Source of the DNA: Candidatus Eiseniibacteriota bacterium | GTDB taxonomy: Bacteria > Eisenbacteria > RBG-16-71-46 > JABDJR01 | Assembly: GCA_963783375.1 (NCBI GenBank) | Contig: CAWANH010000029.1 | Coordinates: 64,001 to 128,000, forward strand | Direction: 5' to 3' | DNA: 64,000 nt | Shown: positions 27,675 through 37,273 of the stretch, piece by piece | Numbering within the stretch: position 1 is the first letter of the stretch | How the letters are laid out: the number at the start of each line of letters is the position of its first letter | Made by a program: the position numbers and the translations under genes | Notes under the pieces: model-generated | The model's input: only the letters and a program-made list of their open reading frames with translations | The model's database searches: none | Told to the model about the DNA's origin: nothing

Positions 27675-30070
27675 TCCTTCAACAACCTGAACGCCGCCGC
27701 CCCCACCAGCTTCCCCTCGGACTGCATGGGGTGGAGCAGGGATCGGACCCGGTCGGCCCAGACCCGCCGGGTCTCGGGATCGCCGGTCAACCCCCACCGC
27801 CTCGCGTCACCATCGAGGCGACGCGCTCCCTCCTCGAGAAAGAAGCCCGCCCATTCCGGCCGGAGGCGCCCCTCGAGGTCGACCACCAGGAGCCGGAAGT
27901 CGGGACCGCGCTTCACCACCCCCACGATCCCCGCCCCCCCCGTCCCGGCGTGCGGAACGTCGATCAGGGCCACCTGGCCGCGATGACCGTCTTCGAGCTC
28001 CTGAAGGATGGCCTCCACCAGGGGATGCCCGGAGGCGAAGAAATCCAGGGTTTCCCGCGCCGTCGCCTCCTCGCGATTGAAGGTGCCGAGCCAGCGGCTT
28101 CCCTCGGGAATGCCGGTCAGATCCCGCACCGTGGCCTCGGGTCCGAACTCCAGGTACCAGGCGTTCAGCCCCGGCTTGGGGACGACTTCGAAGCCGAACT
28201 GCCGGCACGCCTCCAGGACCACGTCGGTGGTTCGCTCCTCCAGATCGGGGGGGATGCGGTCGAGGATGCCCTGGGCCAATTCCGGGCGGTAGCGGTTCCG
28301 GTGGAGATCCTGGTACAGGGCGCGGTTCATCCGGCGCCGCTGGGCGTGGGTCTCCTCCACCACCGCCTGGATGTCGATGGCGGGGGAGGACTCGGCCACC
28401 GCGGCCCGGATCGCCTGCTCCACGTGCTCCAGCGATCGATCGAGCCCCCCCAGGGGCTCCCGGAAGATCCCCAGCTCCTCGTAGAGCCGCGCCACCCGGG
28501 AGGCCAGCCCGGCCTCGGGGACGAAGTAGTGGATCTCCACCGGACGCTTGCGATTGATGCGGTCCAGCCGGCCGATTCGCTGCTCCACCAGGACGGGGTT
28601 CCAGGGGAGATCGAACAGCACCAGGCCCCGGCAGAACTCGAAGTTCCGCCCCTCGCCCCCCGATTCGGTGGAGATGAGAAGGGTGGGACCGTCCGCGGTC
28701 GCGAACTGAGCCACCTCCAGATCCCGGGCGGCGGGAGAGAGGTCCTCGTGGAAGATCCCGATCCGGCGGAAGGTGGCGCGCTCGATCTCCGCCTTGAGGA
28801 ATTCCAGGGTGTCCCGGCGGCGCACGAAGACCAGGATCTTCTCGCCGTCGCGCCGCCACGCCGGCTCCCGTTCGAGGATCCAGCGCAACCGCGGATCGTC
28901 TTCCCCGGTAGGGTTCTCCAGCGCCCGCTCGACCGCCTCCGCCTTCCGGCGGAGTTCGAGGGGATTCCGGACGGGAAGGGCCAGGGCCTCGGCGGCCGCG
29001 CGCTCGAGCCCCGGCCAGGGCCCGATCGGCTCGGGATGAGGCACCCGGGGAGGGAGCCCCCCGATGTCTCCACGCCGGGTGGAGCTGGTGCAGGGATGGA
29101 GCGGCGCCCCCCGATCGAGATTGTCCCGGAAGGTCTCCCAGGAGTCGTACTCGGCGGGGCGCAGCAGCTGGAGAAGACGGAAGAACCCGTGGGCGTCCGC
29201 CTCCAGGGGAGTGGCGGTCAGGAGCAGCACGTTTCGCGCCTCCCGGCAGAGCGGCTCGATCGCGCGGTAGGCCGGGCTTCCCGGGTGGCCGGGGCGGCGC
29301 TCGAGCCGGTGGGCCTCGTCCACCACCAGGAGATCCAGGCCGGCCGCCTCGGCCCGGCGCGCCAGGTCCGCATCGTCGGTCAGATCCTCGAGGGAAATGA
29401 CCGAGCGGGGGTGGACCTCGAACGGGTTCCACTCCGGGCCGAAGTCCTTTCGCACGTCCTTCCGGCGCTCCTCGTCCAGAAGCACGAATATTTGATGAAA
29501 TTTCCGGTATAATTCACCTAACCATTGTACGGTCAGCGAAGCGGGGGCCACCACCAGGACCCGCTCCGCCCGTCCGGTCCGAAGCAGCCGGTTGAGGATC
29601 AGGCAGGCCTCCACCGTCTTCCCCAGCCCCACCTCGTCGGCCAGGAGCCAGCGCACGGGATCGGTGGACACCGCCTGCTCGGCCACGTGGAACTGGTGGG
29701 GGAAGATCTCGATCCGGCCGCCCAGGAATGATCCCAGGCCGTCGGCCTCGCGGAGGCGGGCCAGACGGAGGCTCTCCAGGCGGTTCTCCCAGGAATCCCT
29801 CCGGTCGGTTTCCAGCCGGGCCAGGCGCTCCACCAGGTCCTCGTGGAAGGTCTCGTGCCATCGTTCGGGATCGGTCCCCTCGGGGAGGACCAGCGGGGTG
29901 AATGCGTGCTCCCGCACCGCGAACACCAGGGTTTCCCCGGTGCGGGGAAAGCGGACCTTCATCCGGCCCCCGGAGACCGCCACCACTTCTCCCGGGCCCA
30001 GCTCGCGGTTGTAGCGATGGAGGACCTTGTCTCCGGCCGCGAAGGACCGGTGTTCCCGATCGTGGATCAA
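27671..30070 (-). CDS. rapA: RapA/HepA-like SNF2-family helicase (RNA polymerase-associated)
   Basis: TTGA overlap start; FPHQ, LLADEVGLGKT, VDEAH, LLLTATP, STESGGEGRNF, DLPWNP..EQRIGRLDR, RapA_C-like TFNREEATARETLDFFASGHPLV. Confidence 0.85.
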   Translation of the reverse strand: MIHDREHRSFAAGDKVLHRYNRELGPGEVVAVSGGRMKVRFPRTGETLVFAVREHAFTPLVLPEGTDPERWHETFHEDLVERLARLETDRRDSWENRLESLRLARLREADGLGSFLGGRIEIFPHQFHVAEQAVSTDPVRWLLADEVGLGKTVEACLILNRLLRTGRAERVLVVAPASLTVQWLGELYRKFHQIFVLLDEERRKDVRKDFGPEWNPFEVHPRSVISLEDLTDDADLARRAEAAGLDLLVVDEAHRLERRPGHPGSPAYRAIEPLCREARNVLLLTATPLEADAHGFFRLLQLLRPAEYDSWETFRDNLDRGAPLHPCTSSTRRGDIGGLPPRVPHPEPIGPWPGLERAAAEALALPVRNPLELRRKAEAVERALENPTGEDDPRLRWILEREPAWRRDGEKILVFVRRRDTLEFLKAEIERATFRRIGIFHEDLSPAARDLEVAQFATADGPTLLISTESGGEGRNFEFCRGLVLFDLPWNPVLVEQRIGRLDRINRKRPVEIHYFVPEAGLASRVARLYEELGIFREPLGGLDRSLEHVEQAIRAAVAESSPAIDIQAVVEETHAQRRRMNRALYQDLHRNRYRPELAQGILDRIPPDLEERTTDVVLEACRQFGFEVVPKPGLNAWYLEFGPEATVRDLTGIPEGSRWLGTFNREEATARETLDFFASGHPLVEAILQELEDGHRGQVALIDVPHAGTGGAGIVGVVKRGPDFRLLVVDLEGRLRPEWAGFFLEEGARRLDGDARRWGLTGDPETRRVWADRVRSLLHPMQSEGKLVGAAAFRLLKD

Positions 30071-31059
30071 GGAAGGGCCCGGGCGAGGGCGGGGAGCGAG
30101 ACCTCGTAACGGTAGGAGATCGACATGTGGCCGTCGTCGAACTCCCGGTGCTCGTGGCGCACGCCGTGCCGGGCCAGCTCCTCCCGAAGCATGCGGGCCC
30201 CCAGGTGAAGGTTGAACTCGTCCCGGTTCCCGCAGTCCACGAAGAGGACCCGGAGACTTCGGAGCGCCTCGGCCCGCTCGGCCACCCGGCGAACCGGGTC
30301 GAAAGCCAGCCATCGTTCCCAGACCGCCGGGCGGAGGCGTCCGGTCGCCGGCTCGAAGGGGAGGTCGAAGCTCCCCGGGCGGTCCGGATCGGGGGAGTAG
30401 CACGCGGCCATGGCCACGACGTTCATCGCCCCCACCAGCTCGTTGGTCTTGCGGGGGGCGCGGTCGAAAGCCTCGAGAAACCCGTCGAGGCCGCCGTGCT
30501 TCTCCAAGGTGGTCACCGTCTTCGGGAAGTCGGGGAGGTAGCAGTACTCGAAGGCCATGTCCCCGCTGTGGCAGGCCGCCCCCCCGAACAGGTCCGGGCG
30601 GTCCATCACCAGGGAAATCGCTCCGAACCCGCCGCTGGACTTTCCGAACACGAAACGCCGGTCGCGGTCGTCGGCGGCCGGATACCGGCGCTCCACCTCG
30701 GCCGTCACCTCCTCGCACAGGTAGTCCCGGTAGCGCCCGGTGGCGGCGGAGTTCACGTACTGAGAGCCGCCGTAGCGGGTGAAGCAGTCGGGGAGGGCGA
30801 CGATCAGGGGGGGGATGGCCCCCGCGGCCAGCATGGCGTCCAGCCGGCGACCCAGCCCCGGATTCCAGGGCGCGTCGGAGAGGGCCATCGCCCCGGTGCC
30901 GGTGAAGCCGGTGAGCGCGTAGAAGACGGGAAACGGGCCCGGCCCCGCCGAGGCGGGAGGTTCCCATATCCAGACTTCCCGCTCCACGGGGTCGCCGGGG
31001 GCGTTCCCGGCGAGGACCCGGCTGGCGAAGGTGAACGAACTGAGGCGGCCGTGTTCCAT
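30067..31059 (-). CDS. Alpha/beta hydrolase, enterochelin-esterase-like
   Basis: PDCFTRYGGSQYVNS, nucleophile elbow GKSSGG, DCGNRDEF, FDDGH. Confidence 0.88.
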   Translation of the reverse strand: MEHGRLSSFTFASRVLAGNAPGDPVEREVWIWEPPASAGPGPFPVFYALTGFTGTGAMALSDAPWNPGLGRRLDAMLAAGAIPPLIVALPDCFTRYGGSQYVNSAATGRYRDYLCEEVTAEVERRYPAADDRDRRFVFGKSSGGFGAISLVMDRPDLFGGAACHSGDMAFEYCYLPDFPKTVTTLEKHGGLDGFLEAFDRAPRKTNELVGAMNVVAMAACYSPDPDRPGSFDLPFEPATGRLRPAVWERWLAFDPVRRVAERAEALRSLRVLFVDCGNRDEFNLHLGARMLREELARHGVRHEHREFDDGHMSISYRYEVSLPALARALP

Positions 31060-31083
31060 GGCGACTCCCGGAAAGGAAAGCCT

Positions 31084-31236
31084 CTAGGCTACTCCAGGCC
31101 GCGCGGTCCCGCCAGGGGAGGCGGGGGAACGGCGGCGGCGGGCGGGACCCCCCCCCGAGGGCGAGACGCCGTCGCCGCCGCAGGCGGCGAACCCGGCGGA
31201 AACCAGGACCGGCGCCGCGAACCGGGCCAGCTTCAC
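31084..31236 (-). CDS. Very small putative lipoprotein (about 50 aa) or truncated lipoprotein
   Basis: GTGA overlap with the S9 stop; MKLARFAAPVLVSAGFAA-C-GGDG lipobox; G9 run within. Confidence 0.45.
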   Translation of the reverse strand: MKLARFAAPVLVSAGFAACGGDGVSPSGGGPARRRRSPASPGGTARPGVA

Positions 31237-33137
31237 CGGGTGCCGTCCTCCGAATCGTCCTCTTTCAGGTACTTGTCCAGGAATTCCACCGTCCTCCGGT
31301 AGACCGTGAGCACGTTGGGTCGCTTGGCCACCCCGTGCCCCTCGTCGGAGAAGATCAGCGTATCCACCTCGCCCCCGGCCGCGGTCACCGCGGCGGCGAT
31401 CTGGCGGGCCTCGCCCACCGGGACCCGCGGATCGTTCTCCCCGTGGATCACCAGGAGGGGGGTCCTGATGCGGGCGGCCTTGGTCAGGGGAGAGATGCTC
31501 TCCAGGAACGGCTGGTCGGTCAGCGGTCCGTACTCGGACTCCCGCAGGGCCCGCCTGTAGTCGGCGGTATTCTGGAGAAAGGTGACGAAATTGGCGATGC
31601 CCACCTCGTCGATGGCCGCGGAGAACAGATCGGGATACTCGGTCACCGCGGCCAGGGTCATGTAGCCTCCGTAGGAGCCTCCCTTGACCGCCAACAACCC
31701 CGGGGCGGAGTACTTCTTCTCGATCAACCAGTCCGCCCCCGCCTTCAGGTCCTTCACCGAATCCAACCGTTTCTTGTAGTTGTCCATGTCCATGTAGGCC
31801 TTGCCGTAGCCGGCCGAGCCCCGGACGTTGGGGGCCAGGATCCCGTACCCGTTCAGGAGCAGGTACTGGAAGTGGCGGATGAACCCGGGGGTGAACTGGG
31901 ACTCCGGCCCGCCGTGGACGTGGACGACGAAGGGGACGGGATGTCCGGGCCGGTAGCCGGGAGGCAGGTACAGGAACGCCGGGATCTCGGTGCCGTCGAA
32001 GGAGCGGTAGCGCACCAGCTCCGGGGCCACGAACCGGGAGGGGTCCACTCCGGCATAGGTGACCCGGGTCACCTTGCGGAGCTCCGGGGCCTTCCAGTCC
32101 CAGACCCAGACGTCGGGGCTGTTCACCGCCGAGCTGAAGCCCACCGCCACCCGGCTTCCGGCGGTGAAGGAGAATCCGCCCACCTCGCCGTCCAGGGGCG
32201 GCGCGGGAATCCCGCGGTCCCGGACCAGATCCCAGAGCCTGAGGCGCGCGTAGCCGTCCTCGTTCACCGTCCAGCCCATCACCTTCCGGTCGGGGGAGAG
32301 ACCCAGGGCCGCGACCTCCCACGGTCCGGAGGTGTCGAGAAAGCTCAGCCGTCGGCTGGCGAGGTCCAGCTCCGCCCGGCGCGGGATACCGTCCGCATTG
32401 GCGTTGGAGATGAGGTAGATCTTCCGCCCGGAGCGGTCGAATTCGGCCGCCTCGTAGACCGCCTCGCCCCGGTGCTCGGTGAGCAGGGTTCGCGAGCCGG
32501 TGGCGGTATCGACCAGGTAGATGTCGGTGTTGGTGTTGGACTCGGCGTGGGTGACCAGGAGCTTCGAGCCGTCTTCGCTCACGTCGCCGGCGGCGTTCCA
32601 CCCTGGAATGTCGGCCAGCCGCGACTTCTGCCGCGCGGCGAGATCGAAGCGGTAGATGTAGAAGTTCTTTCCGTCGGCTTCGGTGCTCGCATAGTAGATG
32701 ATCCCGCCGTCCGGGCTGAAGGAGGGGCTCCCGTGGCGGGCCTGGGGCAGCCGGGTCAGGTTCTCGGTCTGGCCGGTGCGGGAGTCCATCAGCCAGAGCT
32801 GGGCATTCTCGTCGCCGCCCCGGGCCACCCCGCAGATCAGGTAGTCCCCGGAGGGGGAGAGGTTGTAGAAATTCACTCCCTCGGTGAACACCGAGAGCTG
32901 GTAAGGCCAGCCGCCCTCGCCGTCCATGCGGTAGATCTGATTGACCCCGGAGGCGTTGGATGTGAAGAAGAGGGTGTTTCCGTCCCGGGTGATCTGCGGG
33001 TTTCCCGCGTACCCGATCTGCATGAAGGTGTCGATGTCCGGGGGCGGGGCCTTGGCGAACAACTCCGGTTCAGCGGCGGCGGCGGGGACCGAGAGGCTGA
33101 CCGCGAGGAGCATGGAAGCGAGGACGGGTGACCGCAT
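31233..33137 (-). CDS. Secreted S9 family (prolyl oligo/acylaminoacyl) peptidase
   Basis: Signal peptide, beta-propeller, HVHGGPESQ, PNVRGSAGYG, GGSYGG, HGENDPRV, DEGHG. Confidence 0.93.
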   Translation of the reverse strand: MRSPVLASMLLAVSLSVPAAAAEPELFAKAPPPDIDTFMQIGYAGNPQITRDGNTLFFTSNASGVNQIYRMDGEGGWPYQLSVFTEGVNFYNLSPSGDYLICGVARGGDENAQLWLMDSRTGQTENLTRLPQARHGSPSFSPDGGIIYYASTEADGKNFYIYRFDLAARQKSRLADIPGWNAAGDVSEDGSKLLVTHAESNTNTDIYLVDTATGSRTLLTEHRGEAVYEAAEFDRSGRKIYLISNANADGIPRRAELDLASRRLSFLDTSGPWEVAALGLSPDRKVMGWTVNEDGYARLRLWDLVRDRGIPAPPLDGEVGGFSFTAGSRVAVGFSSAVNSPDVWVWDWKAPELRKVTRVTYAGVDPSRFVAPELVRYRSFDGTEIPAFLYLPPGYRPGHPVPFVVHVHGGPESQFTPGFIRHFQYLLLNGYGILAPNVRGSAGYGKAYMDMDNYKKRLDSVKDLKAGADWLIEKKYSAPGLLAVKGGSYGGYMTLAAVTEYPDLFSAAIDEVGIANFVTFLQNTADYRRALRESEYGPLTDQPFLESISPLTKAARIRTPLLVIHGENDPRVPVGEARQIAAAVTAAGGEVDTLIFSDEGHGVAKRPNVLTVYRRTVEFLDKYLKEDDSEDGTR

Positions 33138-33192
33138 GGCTGGATCCTCCGGGAAAGGCGGATGGTTCGGGGGGACCGGGGGAGGTGCCGGG

Positions 33193-33221
33193 AGTCTAGA
33201 AGCCGGGAATAGGCTTGTCAA
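33193..33221 (-). promoter_or_regulatory. sigma70 promoter for the S9-esterase-rapA operon
   Basis: TTGACA-17 bp-TAGACT on the minus strand. Confidence 0.7.
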
Positions 33222-33257
33222 ATCGAGAGATGCGAGGTGCGGGGCCGGTGGAGGCGC

Positions 33258-33266
33258 TGGTATAAT
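33258..33266 (+). promoter_or_regulatory. Extended -10 promoter for 33346-37100
   Basis: TGG-TATAAT, a perfect extended -10, divergent from the S9 promoter. Confidence 0.65.
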
Positions 33267-33345
33267 TGATGTGCCGTTCACCGCCTCGCGCCGTCGTCCG
33301 ATCGGGCCCCATCCGGTCGTTCCGGAGTCCCCGAAAGGAGCCTCG

Positions 33346-33879
33346 ATGCCCCTCGGTCCCCGAGCCTGGAAGCGACCCGATGCGCTCCGGCTCGCCGCGT
33401 TTCTCCTCCTGATCGCCGCCTTGGCCAGCCTGCCGCGCCGGCCCCCGGTCCCCGAACCCTCGCGAAGCCTGGATTGCGCGGCGGACCTTGCGTTCCCCTT
33501 CGACGTCCGCGTGGTGCCCCTGGATCCCCTCCGCCCCGGGAAGGCGCTCCGGGCGCGGGTCGAGGTGACCTCGCGCCGCCTCCTGGACCGGGTCGCCGTG
33601 ACCCTCCCCGGACCCGGGTCGGTGGGCCCGGTGGAGAACCCGGGGGGCCGTCTGGGCCTGATGCGCGCGGGCGAGATGCGGTCCGCCGTGGTCACCGTGA
33701 CCCTTCCCCCCGGGCGGGTGCGGCGAACCCTGGACTTCCGGGTCCAGGCGGAGATCGACGGGTGGCCGGTGGTGCGCGGGGCCAGCCTGAACCTGGTCTA
33801 CGACGCGGAGCCCTCGCGGGTGGTGACCGCCCCCGGCGGGCGCCGGATCCGCGAGGTGCCGGCGCGGAGGATCGGGTGA
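33346..33879 (+). CDS. Membrane-anchored or exported Ig-like hypothetical protein
   Basis: AAAGGAG RBS; hydrophobic segment LAAFLLLIAALASL; beta-rich domain; TGATG coupling to the downstream gene. Confidence 0.7.
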   Translation: MPLGPRAWKRPDALRLAAFLLLIAALASLPRRPPVPEPSRSLDCAADLAFPFDVRVVPLDPLRPGKALRARVEVTSRRLLDRVAVTLPGPGSVGPVENPGGRLGLMRAGEMRSAVVTVTLPPGRVRRTLDFRVQAEIDGWPVVRGASLNLVYDAEPSRVVTAPGGRRIREVPARRIG

Positions 33880-36800
33880 TGCGCGCGCTGGCGCTGGTCC
33901 TCGGCTTCCTCGCCCTGGCCGCCGAGGCCTCGGCCGCCGACTTCACCGTCCGGGGGTCGTTTTCCTACGAGGATCGGATCTGGGACCAGTTCGGGTACAC
34001 CGGAGACGTGCAGAACCTCCCCATTCGCCGCGCCGACGTGGAGGTGGTGAGCGCGTCGAACGGCGCGATCCTGGGCGCGGGCTCCACCGCCGCCGACGGG
34101 AGCTACAGCATCCCGGTGACCGGCCTGACCGGTTCGGTGACCCTCTACGTCCGGTGTCTGAGCGCGACCGACAACGCCGCCGACTATCACGTGAAGGTGG
34201 TGGACACGTTCGACCGGGTGAACGGCACGGTGGATCTCACCGGATCCACCGTCCACGCCATCACCACCTCCAACCGGACCCACGACACCGCGATTCCCCT
34301 CCTGGACGTGGGGATCTATCTCATCCAGGACACCACCGGCTCCGGGGTCGCCCAGGCCTTCAACATCCTGGACGCGGGGGTGGATACCTTCGACTACCTG
34401 CACAGCTCGGCCGGGATCGGACGCTTTCCCACCGGAAGCGAGTTCCTGGTGTACGGGTGGGACGGCACCTCGGGATCCAACGGCTCCAACTATCTTTGGC
34501 AGGGGATCTACATCGCCTCGTCCACCACCGACACCGACGGGTGGGCGGATGCGGTGATCCTTCACGAAACCGGACACTGGGCGTCGGACATGTTCGGGAA
34601 CGATCACAGTCCCGGCGGTATCCATTACATCGGGGACATCGATCAGGACCCCCGGCTCTCCTACGGCGAGGGTTACGCCACCTTCTTCATGGGCCAGATC
34701 CGCGAATTCCGGGCCGCTTTCCTGAACGGTTCCGGGCAGCCCAAGGACGATCACGTCTCCTTCTACGCCGATCTGGGCATCCCCCCGCCGGTGGGGACCC
34801 CGGGCGGGCTCGGGTTCGCTTTCGACTTCGAGACCGGCCTCTACCAGAACGGGAGCCCGGTGAACCAGGTGGGCACCGCCTCGGAGACCAACGTGACCGC
34901 CGCGCAATGGGATCTCGTGGACGGGTACGACACTCCCGATGAAACCCCGGGGGCGGATGACGAGTCCGCCGACGACACCGGCGCCCTGAGCTGGCAGGTG
35001 ATTACCGGGTACATGACCGAGCTCAACCCTCCCGCCCACTGGATCACCGTCGAGGACTACTACCGCGGATGGTTCTCGGTGCACGGGGCCGGTTTCATGA
35101 AGACCGCGGTGGACTCCGCGTTCGTGGGCCTGGCGGGGATGGACTTCTTCGCCGACGGCTACGAGCCCGACGACGACACCACCGACGCCCCCACCGTGGC
35201 CCCCGCCGGATACGTCGTGCTTCAGGGCGGCGGGGTGGTCCTGAACGAGCTGGATCTCGGGTCCGAGGACAAGGTCGAGCTCTTGAACCGGGGAACCGAC
35301 CCGGTGGTTCTCACCGGCTGGAAGATCAAGGTCTATCGGAACGAATACCCCCTCGACGCCACCCGGATCTACACGTTTCCCGCGTTCACCCTCTACCCCG
35401 GGGGATTCGTGGTGGTGCACGAGGGCGGGGATCCCGCGCGGAACGGGACCACCGACCTCTTCGGCGGGGACTTCTCGATCGTCTGGGCGAACGGCGACGA
35501 CGGCGCCGGCGTCCTCGAGGACGCCGGCGGCGTCGCGAAGGACTTCGTGCGCTGGGACAACCCGAGCGGCTCCGATCCCAACACCACCCCCACCCCCTCG
35601 GGGACGGGCTGGTCGGGGACCCTTTACGCGCCTCCTACGGGGAAGAACCTGGGACGCGACGCGGACGGGACCGACACCGACACGGCGGTCGACTTCAGCT
35701 CCGAGGGCGCCACCATGGGCGCGCCCAATTTCGGCGACGTCCGCTTCCACACGATCTTTCCGGAGGGGGATCGCGACATGGTGCGGGTGCAGGTGGCGTC
35801 CGGGGATCTGGTGGTGATCCGGGCCTACTCCCCGCACTCCGCGGGGGAGCCCCGGGTGGAGCTCCTTGACGACGTGGGGAACCTCCTGGGAAGCGCCCAG
35901 GGAACCCACGGCTTCTCCACCCTGGGGGAGCTTCAGGCCTACTTCCCGAGCGCCACCCACGTCTTCGCCCGGGTGAGCCACGTGGGACCCTATACCGACT
36001 GGGCCCCGATCCAGCTCATGGTCTACCGGCGGCCGGTGGCCGCCGTCCTGAGTCCGCCGGTGGCCTTGAGCGCGATTCCGGCCAACCAGTTCGACGCGGC
36101 GGATCCGGTGGCCCTGAGCTGGTTGAACGGTGGGGCCTATGACGAGCTCCGGGTGAGCCGTGACGGAGGGGCGCCCACCGTGCTCTCCGGCGCCGCCACC
36201 TCGATGAACGACACCGCCGATCGCGGACCCCACACCTACACCGTCACCGGGTGGATCTCGGGGGCGTCGTCGGCGCCCTCCACGGTGAAGGTGTTCAGCG
36301 GCGTTCTCGACTGCACGGTCGCCGACGGGCTGGAGTCGGGGACCGCGGGTTTCCAGCTGGACGCTCCCTGGGGCCGCACCGCGACGCGCGCCGCCTCGGG
36401 CATCTGGTCGTTGACCGACAGCCCTTCGGGGGATTACGCGGTCAACGCCGACGTCTCGGCCGTGTTCGCGACGCCGGTCCTCCTCACGGCGTACCCCCGC
36501 CTGGAGTTCGATCACATCTGCATCACCGAGGAGGGCTACGACTACGGGCGGGTGGAGATCTCCACCGACTTCGGAAACAACTGGAACGAGCTGGCCCGCT
36601 ACGACATGGGCTCCTACCCCGAGTGGACCGACGGCGTGGCCAATTCCGGGGATTGGAAGCACGAGACCATCGATCTGAACGACTACGTGGCGGAAAAGGT
36701 GATCGTGCGATTCCGCCTGGTAAGCGATCCCTACGTCGTCGAGGACGGCTGGTACGTGGACAACGCGTCCATCTCCGATCCTCTCTGCCGGACGCTGACC

Positions 36801-37100
36801 GGGGTTCCCGACGCGGAGGCGGACGGCCGTCCTCTCCTCTCGGCCGGCCCCAACCCGTTCTCCGGGCGGCTGGGTCTCCTGCTCTCGGTGCGCCCGGGGG
36901 GGCCGGTCCGGGTGGAGGTCTTCGACGCCTCCGGCCGGCGGGTCCGCACCCTCTTCGACGGAACCTCGACGCGGGGAAGCATGGACCTCGCCTGGGATGG
37001 GCGGGACGAATCGGGCCGGCGCACCGCGGCGGGGGTGTATCTGATCCGTGCGCGCACCCCCGGGGCGTCGTCGGTGCGGCGGGTGGTCCGGCTTCCCTGA
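33879..37100 (+). CDS. Secreted HExxH metalloprotease-like protein with lamin-tail, PPC/FN3-like, jelly-roll and FlgD-Ig C-terminal domains
   Basis: Signal peptide; VILHETGHW plus downstream EGYATFF; VVLNEL..DKVELLNRG..VVLTGWKI (lamin tail); GYDYGRVEIS...DGWYVDN; TGVPD...GPNPF...WDGRDESG...AGVYLIR. Confidence 0.85.
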   Translation: MRALALVLGFLALAAEASAADFTVRGSFSYEDRIWDQFGYTGDVQNLPIRRADVEVVSASNGAILGAGSTAADGSYSIPVTGLTGSVTLYVRCLSATDNAADYHVKVVDTFDRVNGTVDLTGSTVHAITTSNRTHDTAIPLLDVGIYLIQDTTGSGVAQAFNILDAGVDTFDYLHSSAGIGRFPTGSEFLVYGWDGTSGSNGSNYLWQGIYIASSTTDTDGWADAVILHETGHWASDMFGNDHSPGGIHYIGDIDQDPRLSYGEGYATFFMGQIREFRAAFLNGSGQPKDDHVSFYADLGIPPPVGTPGGLGFAFDFETGLYQNGSPVNQVGTASETNVTAAQWDLVDGYDTPDETPGADDESADDTGALSWQVITGYMTELNPPAHWITVEDYYRGWFSVHGAGFMKTAVDSAFVGLAGMDFFADGYEPDDDTTDAPTVAPAGYVVLQGGGVVLNELDLGSEDKVELLNRGTDPVVLTGWKIKVYRNEYPLDATRIYTFPAFTLYPGGFVVVHEGGDPARNGTTDLFGGDFSIVWANGDDGAGVLEDAGGVAKDFVRWDNPSGSDPNTTPTPSGTGWSGTLYAPPTGKNLGRDADGTDTDTAVDFSSEGATMGAPNFGDVRFHTIFPEGDRDMVRVQVASGDLVVIRAYSPHSAGEPRVELLDDVGNLLGSAQGTHGFSTLGELQAYFPSATHVFARVSHVGPYTDWAPIQLMVYRRPVAAVLSPPVALSAIPANQFDAADPVALSWLNGGAYDELRVSRDGGAPTVLSGAATSMNDTADRGPHTYTVTGWISGASSAPSTVKVFSGVLDCTVADGLESGTAGFQLDAPWGRTATRAASGIWSLTDSPSGDYAVNADVSAVFATPVLLTAYPRLEFDHICITEEGYDYGRVEISTDFGNNWNELARYDMGSYPEWTDGVANSGDWKHETIDLNDYVAEKVIVRFRLVSDPYVVEDGWYVDNASISDPLCRTLTGVPDAEADGRPLLSAGPNPFSGRLGLLLSVRPGGPVRVEVFDASGRRVRTLFDGTSTRGSMDLAWDGRDESGRRTAAGVYLIRARTPGASSVRRVVRLP

Positions 37101-37273
37101 CGGTTCCCGTGCTGAGTTAGATAAATCTTGTAACATTCTTATCGTCAGTCATTTAGCAGTTGTTCATTCGAGCGGTGCACTCCCGTCCGCCCCTGGAATC
37201 CGCTAATCCTGCGGTTGCGAGCGCCGATACCTCCAGGACAGTCGAAATTCAACCCCCAGCGAGGTACCGCCCG

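Noticed and set aside
29498-29530. dif site within the AT-rich patch
   Set aside because: The left half loosely resembles a XerC arm but there is no TTATGTTAAAT-like XerD arm
37160-37273. sigma54 promoter for the SPFH operon
   Set aside because: No convincing TGGCAC-N5-TTGC element found by eye
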